From positions 54,250,001 through 54,314,000 of the forward strand of contig OZ320318.1 in the NCBI GenBank assembly GCA_976226885.1: DNA of 64,000 bases. The letters are read 5' to 3'. Each line of letters begins with the position of its first letter. The stretch's first letter is position 1. Position numbers and translations under genes: made by a program. The notes below the pieces were generated by a model, which did not search any database, was not told where the DNA came from, and worked only from the letters and a program-made list of their open reading frames with translations. Source of the DNA: Iphione sp. A-MEVVRFRX5 (Eukaryota). Below, in pieces: positions 37,701-50,400 of this stretch.

Positions 37701-40700
37701 CTCTGTTACGGTGGCGCCGCAGCGCACGGGCGGCGCGTGCAGCCTGCCAGAAGAGGAACGCACAGTACGGGCCGGCCCAGGGACAAAGTGGACGAGGCAT
37801 CATCAAGGTCGGAGGGAAAGGAGGGGGCAGAGGGTGATGGGCGGCAGCGACAAGTAGTCCAAGGTGAAGGAGGCCACTCAGCCTGTTTACCCTCGGCTGA
37901 TACTTCAGCAAGCAAGGGTCCCATTCGTTCGACTGCAGCGACAACATTAGTCCCAGTGGGCAGCACCCGAGTGTCGTTGAAGATGCCATAGGCTGCTTAG
38001 GTGTAAGCTGTGGCACACCCTGTGCCAGAGTGCTAATTAATTTTTGCAGCTTCCCCTCCAGTTTGAGGTCAATGAAATTACATGTTATTCCTTTCACCAT
38101 GTCTCACGCCTTATATTCATATATAGGCCTATACTGTATATATGTACACATATGGTCAATAATGGAAGGCGGGGCTAAATGTTTCCCACATGAAGTGTTA
38201 CCAGGCTCTATCGAGCCCCCTCGTATATGTATTTGTTTCCCCATATTGTTGCTTAGTACGCTAGGTTCAGCATTGAATGCAGAGCCCTCTTGACGATTTG
38301 CCCGTGATACGCAAGTGGAGAGTGGCATATACAGGAGGCACAGAGGTTATCCTGGGTTCGACATCCATCTCTCCAGGCACAAAATAGGTACATCTGGTTA
38401 TCCGGAGCTTGATTTTTGCTGACATATGTATACATAGCGACATTATACGACCATTGCACATGAATAATATGGAGGTCAAGTGGTACCTCATTGAAATTGT
38501 ATACGTACACGTTTATCGAAATTCTGGAATGTTGATCGTTCAGTTGTTACTGACACGAGCATTAACTGCGAAAATCATCTGCTAGTACCTGATACCAATA
38601 TGATCCATTATTTCCTCTCATAATAAGGTTGGTTTTATATGCAGGGCAAGTGCTGTACTATGCAGATGAAATGTTGCTCCTGTTCACTTGTTTGGGCGTG
38701 AACGAAGTCATGTGATATTTGAAGTTGCCATACATTAGCATATATGCTCCCCCGTTCGCTTTTGGTGTTTCGCAAACAATGAAGAACAACAGGTCATTCG
38801 CCGAATTCCTTGCGCATCGATAAAACCTATCAGGGCATCAGAGTGAATATTCGTGTCCCCGGTAAAGCAGTCTCTTGAAGCACGTAGGCTGAACTGCCTC
38901 TACACAAAAGACCTCCTTTGTTACAGGTCTGCTGTTGACTGCGGGCGTGGCTCGCGGCAACAAGTACTCTAAAGCATCAGGGACAATCCCTTTTGGCATG
39001 CTATAACTTGCTAACCCTGCCAGTGATAATGGTGGAGAGGCGACCACCAGTGCTCGGTTTGGACGACTGGTGGGGAAAGAAACGGATAGTTGTGTCTGTA
39101 AGAGAATCGATGGGCAAGGGATTGCCTTTCGTAGGTCTGGCACTGAAGAGTTTACTACCGTCAACTGTCTTACAACCAAAATCGATCGGGTGGTAAAATC
39201 CTTGGAGTTCGGCTAAGGAATATCACAGAGCCAGCCATGCGAAGGGCTCTGCACTCATTTCAATAACTCTCCCTCACAACGAACAACTACTGTGCACCAT
39301 TTTAAGTGGTAATAACCACACTCTTAAACGTGAAGGACAAACCACTTATGGGGAAAGGCCAAAATAAACAACCTCCTTAATCGTATCTTTTATTTTCCCT
39401 TCATTCCTTTCTGTTCAGAGATGTAAAACAGACTGCTTTCAGCGCACCGTGTAGTTCAATGCATCTAACTTATACATGTAATTGCTTTAATAGAACCATT
39501 GCCCAACATTTCTCAATCGGTGCCAAATCTTGGTAGAATCTCCGCCTTCAACGCTGCCCCATTAGGAGCGATATGGGGCAGTAACAGGATGACGTATTAG
39601 ACAATGAAAAAATAAAGCGAGAGACAAACAACAGAGGTTCTGCAGTAGCGACAGTTCAGTGTTGCTTTTCCCCCGCTAGACCCTCAAAAGTAGCTTATCA
39701 GTTATATATCAAGGTTTATTGAAGTGATACTTTTAAAAGCGAAAGTCAGATCATCGTATGGAATTAGTTTTGTGTACTCTATTATGAATGCTTCGAATCC
39801 AATTACTAAAAAGACCACTTAACTTGTAAATAACAACAGGGAATGACAGCATCATATATTTTCAGCGCAAATAAAACAGCACACCTATGGGCAAAGGCAA
39901 TAGACTTTAATTATGCTCAAACTTTATGTCATCCTTCATTAGCAGATAAATCTTACGTCTGAGATGCTCGATTCAGTACAAGAGACACCGTCCTCATGCT
40001 CTGGGCATGACGGCTCCCATTGCGGAGTAGGGAGAAAAAGCTAGAACGCAAGTTAACATATGCCTTTTATGAGAGCAAGAGGCAACTGCAGTGGCATTCG
40101 ATATGCGGTGGAGGAAAAAAGAGTAATGTCGGCATAGCGTTAATGAGACAACTCCTCAAAGCTAGTCAGGAAGAATGCCACGTCCCATGCAGTAAGAGCT
40201 ATATGCACATACATACTTCGGCTCCAAATGTATTGTTGGTCGTACAACACACATTAATTTATAACTTTTCCGAACATTCCGCATTCTAGGTCAACTAAAC
40301 TGCTTTTTTTTCACGCCCCCAGATTGCGAGAATGTCACTGGGAGGCTCGATAGTACATTAATCCACCATTTCTTTAGAAGTGAAGCCTTCTACTTATGTT
40401 TCACTGGGACTTGTTTTGTAAACTTGTAAACCAATCTGTCATTCAAGAAGCGGGCACCTTATGCTTTAGATGGCATTTGGGACCAATATCTTGGCGGCCG
40501 ATATTCCCATGGAGGACATAACAGCACTCCAAAATATTTCACCTCGACAGCTAGCAATAGTTGCAAGCCATTTTATTGAAAAAATCGAGAGGTGCTGGCA
40601 AGGTATTCGTCTTGTATTTTATTCATCAGATAAAGGAGTAATCTAAAACATAAAGTTGAAAATACGCATGTGTGTATATATTTATATACATTATAACATG

Positions 40701-43700
40701 TATATGTGTTTATAATTATCGTTATTCATGTAACAAACTTCTACGATGACTTTATAAAATGATCTAAACCATTGCGGTACGTCCATACGTTTGTATCCAT
40801 CATTCATGGCAGACTTGCGCAATGAGATTATCTTCCTTGCTCCGTTCACGACGACGAAACACCTTTTTGATTTGATTCATGAGGGAAGATTGAAAACGTG
40901 AAAGGCAGGCAGCGCGTATCAGCAGCGGTCTGGCAGTCGTCACTGAATAACCTGTGCCACTTGACGCTCGCGGCGCCCGGCCCACCTGCTCGTGCTTTCG
41001 GCACCTTGTGTTGCTCGTCCTACTTTTATCCACCCAGGAACAATCATCGGGAAAGGTCAGAGGTATCTAAATTGCAACGCATGCCTTTTATCACAAAGAG
41101 ACGTGCGCCCGCGGCCGGCGCTCCTCTGGGTTTCTCTCGAGCCCAACGCTGGGCAATCCGGCCTTCGCCGCTATGAGGCCGCCATACCCAAAGGCAGATT
41201 AGTGTTGCCGGTGGAACTGCAACACATTAGTGCGAGAAGCACCACTACAACCACGATGGTTCCCTCAGAGCAGGTTAGATCTGCTCGCCATGTCGCACTA
41301 CGATGTATATGTCTGCTAGGGCCAGTGTTGGGGTCTGAGCTGCCCCGGCATATGTTGACCGGTCCGTATCATCTCTCACAATGTCTATGCCGATGAAATG
41401 CATATATTATAAATACAGTGACATCTAAAAGCAGCAGTTAGTGTCAGACGATAGGGACACTAGCGACGAGTGGCAATGTTTATTTAGCTGGCTTCCTGAA
41501 AAAAATATGTTTTTGCAAACCTAAATGTTGTATAACATTTTCAAATAATTATAAAAGGCGGCTGTATGTTTTTCGATTGGTGCTCTTGATTCTCATCTAT
41601 CCACTATTGCTGAATGTAGCTTAGTTCACCAATTGATCATTTAATGTCGTCAGTATCTCATTTTGAAAGGCTTAGTGCAAGAAGCAGTTAGAGGGAAAAT
41701 TGCGCATGAGGCGCTTATCTCTCTAGATCCGTCAAGTGAGTTCTTATGAGAACCGAAAAACAAATGACTGGAAAGAAAAATCATCTTACGACCATGCTTT
41801 ATGAGGAAACAACTGTTGCAATCTCAATTCAACGTTACTTTGCCAATGAGTTGTATAGAGGTGCAGATGGTCTAAATATTGAGTGGAAAGTGAACATGAA
41901 ATTCTGCAGGGTACTGGAGTAAGTATATAAGTAAGTATATATCTATGTATATGTGACGTGAGCAATATTGTATTCTTATGGTCATTCGATATATGAGTGC
42001 ATATCACCATAGCAGTAAGTATCCACACCCGGTAATGGGAAAAGCTTAGAGACGAATGGATACGAGAAAGTAGGGGGAGGCTAGAGAGAAGGGTACAGCT
42101 GAAACGATCGCCACTGTCGATGGGAATCATAACAGCTGAATGTAATCCCTCGGCCGAACTCAGCTTCACTTAATTGGCAGCTGTCTGGATAAAACAATTG
42201 CACCGATTGATGGCTGCCGACGGCCTCCACACACCTGCATCTACTGTGTTTTGCGCGATTAGCAGCAACAGATGAAGCGGGAGAAACGGTTAGAGGGAAT
42301 GTTGACCAACCGCCGTATATCCTAACCAACACCTACCTACCTGTGGCTTATGGGTACTCCATCATGGGGCAATAAAGGCCGTTGCCATTTAAAAGATAAT
42401 GAAAGGTATCACACACGGGACATATACCCTTTCCTCGGGATTTCGTTAGCGGTACCTCATAAATGGCAGTGTTATTATTCAATGTTGGAGGCGTGGCCAC
42501 AACGAGAGTTTTATGAATTGTACACCATTGTGCACGGCCTGAAAAAAAATCAATATTGAATTTGATGCGAAGGAAAAATATCACACATGTTTCAGTGATC
42601 TACATGTATTGACCTGTATGCAGATGTAGAAACAAAAAGAGAAATGTTTAGTAGGGACGCCACAGCTGTGCACTATCTATGCAACATGCTATTGCGCAGG
42701 AACTAGGAATAATATTTGACTTAAAGCTTAAATACTGTTACATTCTACTTTTTTAGAATCACCATTGTGTCGATGCGTAGGGCACCGGAATGATGTATTC
42801 TCCTTTTCATGCATAACGGCAATCATGTATACACTCAACAATAAAGCGGAACCGATATGTTCATGCACATGTACATAAAACACAGAGGTATCGGCATAGA
42901 TGAAAAGGTCATAATGTTTTTGTTCCTTGTGACCCAATTACAGGAGGGTGAAGTAGGAGAAAGATGCGGAGCCATGTACATAGCTGTTTAGTGCGTAGTA
43001 GTTATCATGCAGCAAGTTGTTTGCGTTCGAGGAAGAGGTTTGCCGAAAGGGAGAACATCTTGTAAATTGCAGGAAAAATCACGCATACACTGCATTTTGT
43101 TTTCTTCCCGAACATTTATTATTGTAAAAAATATGGAACACCAACTAAGCTGATATGCCGATGCAGGTTCCAAAATTGGTTTTCATTTTTTTCACAAAGG
43201 CAATATACTTTATGTATCATGTATTGTACTATGTGGTTGAGATGCGGGTATCGAATACGTGACAAAATGATATGAATGCTCGAACGGATTAATACTGTTA
43301 CCTAAGGTATGATAGCTGATGATACAATAAAAACTAAGTATTGATTTGTACTTGACAGCGGAATTGCCCTGTATCCCCCGACCTATATCGTGTTACCTGA
43401 GAATAAATGTTAGTCATATTCACTAAAAAAACAATTTTCCATATCTCTAGTGTGATGCATTTACATTATAGTATATTTTTCGTATGCATCCTTCCCTCAA
43501 CCATATTCATTGATCCCTTTCTATAGCATCACATCCACACAGGCCAATGACAGCATTGCTTTTTAAAGATAATGGGAATTTGAACGGAGCATAGATATGT
43601 CTAACATTGAAGGCAATGACAACAAAGCATGTTTCTGATGATAATAATAGAGAGAATTATGAGATGCTTCACACAAGTAGTGGACGCATTAAAACTCATT

Positions 43701-45232
43701 AATTGTTCTAAATTTAGTAAAATTAGATGCAATGTCTCAGCAGCTGTAGTACTCGACAGACAGACAGTATGAAGCCGAGGCACACTGTAGTATGTCTCTC
43801 CTCTGAGCTATAACCATTACTTCAACTGTGGGTGAACTTTCAGCCCCAAAAGCGATTGGCGAATTACTTTACATATTTTTTCCAAGACTGGCGTACATTG
43901 TGATTCTTTCACTCCTGAGATTTAAAGTAAATAGCACAAACATTTAAACGATGCTCTGTGCAGTTCTCTTGCTTCTTGGAGAGATGAAATGGCTTCCTAC
44001 CTCTCCCAGGTATTTTCCCTGTTTCCCTATACTGAAAGGTGTAGAATGTTTAAGAATTATTTGCTCCTTAGAATATGTTGTACTAGGTGCGTTACAAAGG
44101 CCATTATTTTCTCCCATGCACTAAATGCTAACAAGTATATTCACTCGGTCCTTTCTAACCTTCTCTTAGGCTATCCTTTACCAGCATTGTATAGATGATA
44201 GTATGAGCAACATTCAGAGTTTATAATTCAACCCAGTTATATTGCTGAGAGTAGGCACATTATAAGGCAGCCAGTAGCACATTATGGTAAACAGAATAAA
44301 TTTTTATTTGTCATTACCTATATGTAAAAAATACTACACCACGGCTACCCTCAGATCATTTGAAATGGAGTAAGGGGTCTTACTTATGTAATCTTTTGTG
44401 CTTGTCACGATAAACTATTCACAAATGGGATAGTCATTTTATTACATTCTTTTCTATCACTGTCATACACCTCTCCTGATGGAGATTGTGTTCCATGTTT
44501 TAAATAATTGGACAAACAAATTACGGACATGTATTTGTGTGCCATCCATAATCCGGGATCATCAAATGAGAATATTTCATTAGAGCTCATTTTTGCAATA
44601 AAAACATTGCAGGGAAAAGTATGACCAGACGGAGAAGAGTTTCTTTTTACACCGCTCAAGACTGAGATATACATGCACTTCTTAATTATCTTAATGCGGT
44701 CCGGAGAGGCTTCATTCGCTGATTGCGAGCGTCCGATTGCCACAGTCATAATGTTCACGAGATGCTACGAGTGGTTTCTGTTGCTGCCGGCAAGAGATGG
44801 GCTTAACTTGACTAGCATTACTCTCTCTGCCTCCCTGTCCGCGTGGCAGTATGGGGAAAGAGAAGAAAAACACACCAGACTGACCTTTTAAACGTCGATG
44901 CTTGCTGAGTTGATCCTCTAGCCCACGCCGCCAAACAAGCTGTGGTCGGTGGTTGTAATTTGCTTCTGTTCGCTCACCAACAACCTGGTCAGGCAAGACT
45001 ACGCGGATAGTCGTCATGGTGATGGCCACCGGACACGAAACTACGTTTAAGCTACAATGTGCTAGAAATACGATTGAAAGGAGACAATACAAAGTTCGAA
45101 AACATGCTATCCGCCTTTCAAACATTCTCAACTTGGTAGACTATCCGATCCTACAAGAGAATAATCTAAAAGCTTATGCTTAACGATTGCAAACTGCAAC
45201 TGATCGGATTACCCAAAATAGGGACCCTTGCA

Positions 45233-45272
45233 TCTCTCTCTCTCTGTCTGTCTGTCTGTGTCTGTGTCTCTC
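45233..45272. repeat. (TC)n/(TGTC)n microsatellite
   Basis: Directly visible. Confidence 0.8.
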
Positions 45273-47348
45273 TGCTCCCCTCTCCCTTTACCCGGACATG
45301 CATATATATATGTATATATACTCTTACGTCCACTATATTTGATGGAAATACACAGTGCACATATAATTAGCTACGAAACCAAGGCTCACACAGAGGCGTT
45401 TGTCACGGACAATTTCGACAATGGATTATTTTTAGCATGTAATACCATAAGTAAGGGGTAGATAATGTAATGCACTTCTCTTTCGCTCGGCTTCCCCCAT
45501 AGAGGCACGGGGACGAACTATTCGGGACGAATGCAAATGCTACGAGAATATTGACATCGTGCTGACAGTGCTCTTATTGTATTCCAGCATCATCGCCCGA
45601 TGTTACCGTGGAGAAGCCGGCGTGGAGCGCATACGTCGGCCGGGTATGCGCATGACAACTTCATTTAGATGACATTGCTTCTCCCGATCCCTTTAGACAT
45701 TTTGGCAAGCTAACCCCATTTACTCGCCTGGTAACTGGCATAAATTGATTGCAAAATTGCACCAAATGTTCTATCGTCATTAGTTTGGACGAGCAATGTA
45801 ATATTGACGGGGATACACAGGGTAGGTGGGTTGGATCTGGCCTGACCCAGATGTCGAATTTAAAATTAAGTATACGATGCATCACCAGGGAGAGATGCCG
45901 AACGTGGTACTAAGGACAAACGGAAATTATCGTCACCATATTTTTTGTGTTGCGACACTCTGATAAGCTCCGATCGATCAATGCTCTTATTGTGTCTCTA
46001 ATAGGACATACTATTCAGCACTGCTAGGATATGGTACGGTCTATATTACCCATATTTTCAGAACTCCATATGTCATACAGTGTAACTTCTGCAGACAACA
46101 GGTTGTGCGTGCATACACGTTGTGAAGCTTTGTGGCGTAAATATTAGATATCATTGCGGCGAAAGTAAATCACCAGGAAGCACGATGGGATGCCACCTAA
46201 GTCACACGTCTTAAATAAGGACGTAGATGTCAATTAGGGACCCTTTTGACAAGAACATATGATATCATTATAATATAGAAAGTCTCCAATAGGGACATAT
46301 CTCAATTAGAGACAGTTTGGGAATGAACAATGTGGAACCTTTCCAATGCGTTTGTAGTATATGCGCACATATTACATCATACTTAAAGTTGTATAAGGCC
46401 TATCTGTTAATATCTGTTTCCTGTAACATTTTGAAAAAAAGATATAGTCGGTAGATTGGTGTTTTTTACCTCACAAATATTCCAGTGAAAAAGTTACACA
46501 GTACTTCTCAATCTGTGAACCATCACCTCTGCTTGGAATTTGATGAAATTAATGTCATTATGATGTATTTTATGGTTCTCTACTTTTATTCATGCTCAAG
46601 ATATTCACAAAATGATTTTTAAAAAAATTCCATTGAGATAAAAATCAGGGTTGCTCAAGGAACCGGAAACAGATATTTTTTCACATCAATTGTTTTCGGA
46701 GGAAGATTCGTGTATATTGTATGCACGTTTGTATACTCCTGTTTATGACACTTATAAATCCATTTCTATATAGTATTTAAATAGATTTTGTCCTGACTTC
46801 ATTAGGCGCAGATATTGACGGAACAACTGACTTGCAAAGGGGCAGTGTTCACAGCAGCTGGCGAAATGTTGCTGAGTATATTGCAAGGCGCAGGCTGCGG
46901 TGGTCAGGTCCCAAACCATAGCTCCATTCCCTCCCAGACGCGCCATTATGATCATATAAAGTCAAGCCGATTGTCTGCTACTTGCGATTCATGAGACGCA
47001 GTGGGCCAGCTATACAAACACCGGATTCATCTCTGTGAGTAACCACACTATGCAGCCGGCGAAATGGGACTAAGTGCAGCGCCAGCGGGGCTGGTCCGTG
47101 GGAGACTGTCTTCCATCCGTGCAGGCGCGGCAGGAGGGCCGCTGTGACGCGGGCCTTGAGCCCCCATCCCATAAAGCGGCATTCAGGCACGCATTTACAC
47201 GGCACATCATTGTCTCCACATCTTATTAGTATCGTTATCTCGTCACGTTACCGACCGGCGGAAGAGGGTGCTCATCTCGTTAGGGTGGAGTGAGACGAGG
47301 TGGGGAGGGCGGGGAGGGTGATTCCACGCGTCACCTTGCCGTGCACAC

Positions 47349-47498
47349 NNNNNNNNNNNNNNNNNNNNNNNNNNNNNNNNNNNNNNNNNNNNNNNNNNNN
47401 NNNNNNNNNNNNNNNNNNNNNNNNNNNNNNNNNNNNNNNNNNNNNNNNNNNNNNNNNNNNNNNNNNNNNNNNNNNNNNNNNNNNNNNNNNNNNNNNNN
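47349..47498. other. Assembly gap (150 N)
   Basis: Run of N. Confidence 0.99.
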
Positions 47499-50400
47499 GA
47501 GGCCGGGCTGTCATACTGGAATTCGGACTGAAAGGCGACTACTGTCGCTATGTGATCGCTGTCGACTAGGCCCTTTATAGGGCGATCTCTTCGGCACAAT
47601 ATGTGGATTTGGGGGCAGTGGATGATGTGAAAAGTCCTGTAATTTTCCCCGGAAGAGGGCCTGAACGCTTTTATAGGGCACGCGCCTCCACAACACGACT
47701 GTGCTATTTGTTCATTATAGCCATTATTTGTAGATCATAAAGGGCGCTTACGTCATAAAGAATGTCCCGTATTTCCTTGTAGGTTTTATTATGGTGCGGA
47801 TACACTAAGCTGCCCACTGCAAAAAAAATCATACGAGGCACGCAATGATTTGCTCAAATTTGTGAGATAAAATGAATTAAACGTAAGCCAATTATCTTCA
47901 TCATGTTGCACTGCCTGTTACGAGTCTATTCTGAATCGGCGAGATATATGGTTAAATATGGGATTGGTTCAAACTACCATGGGTCAAAATGAAGTGCGAG
48001 AATATCTTTCTCCGACATAACTCGCTCTAACCACTGCATATTTACAGACATGTTGATATGCCAGCATATTCGTTATCTACTTCTGAGCACTCCCAAATCA
48101 TTGCAGTTAAGGACGATGATCATCCTAAAGGTGGCTTAATAGACCTACTGAGGGAGGCGGATAACTATGACGACAAAGTGCCCTCCGAATTGCAGTCCTT
48201 CTGAAAGTATTGCTTTGATTGTGTTATTGAGGCAGACAGACGGCTAAGTCACAGCAGTTTTCCGCCCAACCAAGATCAATGATGAATCACGTTCTAGTAA
48301 AGCTCGATTATAATTTTCCCATTTACCTAGAAAACTCTGGTAAATGGCAGCTGTTTACTGGTGTACTGCATTTGATACCCATTGGGATAACCATATATGT
48401 CCCACTGAAAGGGTTATTTATCTGTAAACTCGATCTTGTAGCGACTATCTTTTGTGGCTATATCATAACTGCTGTTGATATTGCTCAGTTTAGCAGCTGT
48501 GTGACAAGCAGAAGAGGAAATCCTCTCCTGCAAAGTTTGCGTATGAGACGGCCCATCAAGGCACAGTGGCAGAACTAACTAATACATCACTCCATCATCA
48601 TTTTTGGCCTTCTCGCCACCACACACCGCTTGACTTCTTTCACAGTAGCCGCCCAGTGTCGGGTAGATTGTCTTGCCGTTGACACTGCCGCGAGTATGAT
48701 AGTAGCTTGCACGGTTTCTAGATTTATGATTCGTCCACCCCGCCGCTTGCAGAAGCGACCCAGTCTGTTGCTGATGGATGGTGCGCGTGCCTGGCAACCC
48801 CCTCCCCCCATTTTACTGAGCAGATCTGGCCGGTTCTCATCATCACCTGTTGAGCCCATTAAGGCCACGGATCGTAATGCAATTTGCTATAAATCATATC
48901 GTCGGTAGTGGCCAATGGACGACGGAAGTACCTTGTTGCCTGACAGCCAAAGCCAGCGGGGAAATATGCTTCTGTTGTGATCGATGTGGATCTTTCAGGT
49001 ACGTAATCCGGGCCCAAAAAGGGGATTTCCCTTTAAATGCTTTGCGGACAACTGCAAGTTTAAAGGCGCTTCAATCAACAATTCGGTTTCCAGCAAAATG
49101 AGGATTTTGTATTGTGTTGTAGTGCCCTGTTGTTGTCTCAAGACCTCAAACCTAACATGGAAAAACACTTGTGGTGAAAGTGGCGATGGGTGGATCAAGG
49201 GCATGGAGCTGGAAACCAAAACCTATTAGCCATTCTCACTGAAGCAATGAGCCATCAGATGGGAAATGTCTTTTTTCCTCCATTTTAAACTCACTGCCAT
49301 TGCCTTGACAGAGTACAGAGCAGAAAACAAGGTATAACGAGGTCCCTATTCAATGAAATCGTGTAATCGTATTATTGCAACATTAGTTGCTTTTTATAAC
49401 GTGGTCACACAGCCTCCTGAAAAAATTCGAATCTCTCTGCTATCTCCACTCCATAGTTTCCTCTTCGTTTTTTCTATCTGTAAGTTATTTTTATTTAGAA
49501 CATGCAATATAATACTGGCAACATGAGACGTGGGTTGGAACTAGAGAGCCAGTTCGGTGAGATGCCGCCAGGCATCAGTCCCGCGGTCTACCATTGACCA
49601 TCCTCCAGTGGCTCGCCATGAAAGAAGGGGCGGCACCGCTTCTCCGGAGGCTAATTAGATCATCACTTTCTTCCAGTAGCCCCCAGATGACAGGCTATGG
49701 TTGGCAGCAGCACCCACTACCACCAGATTACCCGATCTCAGAGGATCATCGACCGGGTTCCTTGCTTTAGAAGGCAGGCCATTTTATGTTACAATGATGC
49801 AAACCGTTCGAATAGGAAGGGCTTGCCCAGACGTCCACATTGAATTAATGGACATGATATATCCGTATTAGACTAGATAATGGTTTAAATAACTCATTCG
49901 GCCAGGAAGTCTCAACGGATCGAACTTCTCCTTTGGTCTTACGCATAATATTCTGGAAACAAACGCATCAAAACAAAGGATGACGGCCGCCAAGGAGGGA
50001 GAATAATGATAAAATGCCCCTTCAATGGAAGGGTGTAACTGCGTAAACAATGACGACAAAGTCATCAGTTTAGCCAAAATATTTGGAATACCTGATACAG
50101 TACAACCTAAATCAATTGAACTTTCCCCTTTCATTATGGAGGTGGTCTCTTTACTGAGGTGAAATGCAAACAAACATTGGTTGGCCTTTACTGGAATCAG
50201 CTGCCCAAATTGGTAAGGTATCCGGTTTTGTGACGTGGTCTGTAGAACATCAACAGAAAAAGTATCACTATACAACGAAAATCAGAAAATCTGTTTAATA
50301 CACGAATGACTAACCATCACATGTGACTGCTCTTCACGATGCTTAAAATGTCAAGCTTAGTCGTGATGGATAGATTGCAATAACTACATTGTAATTGGCA

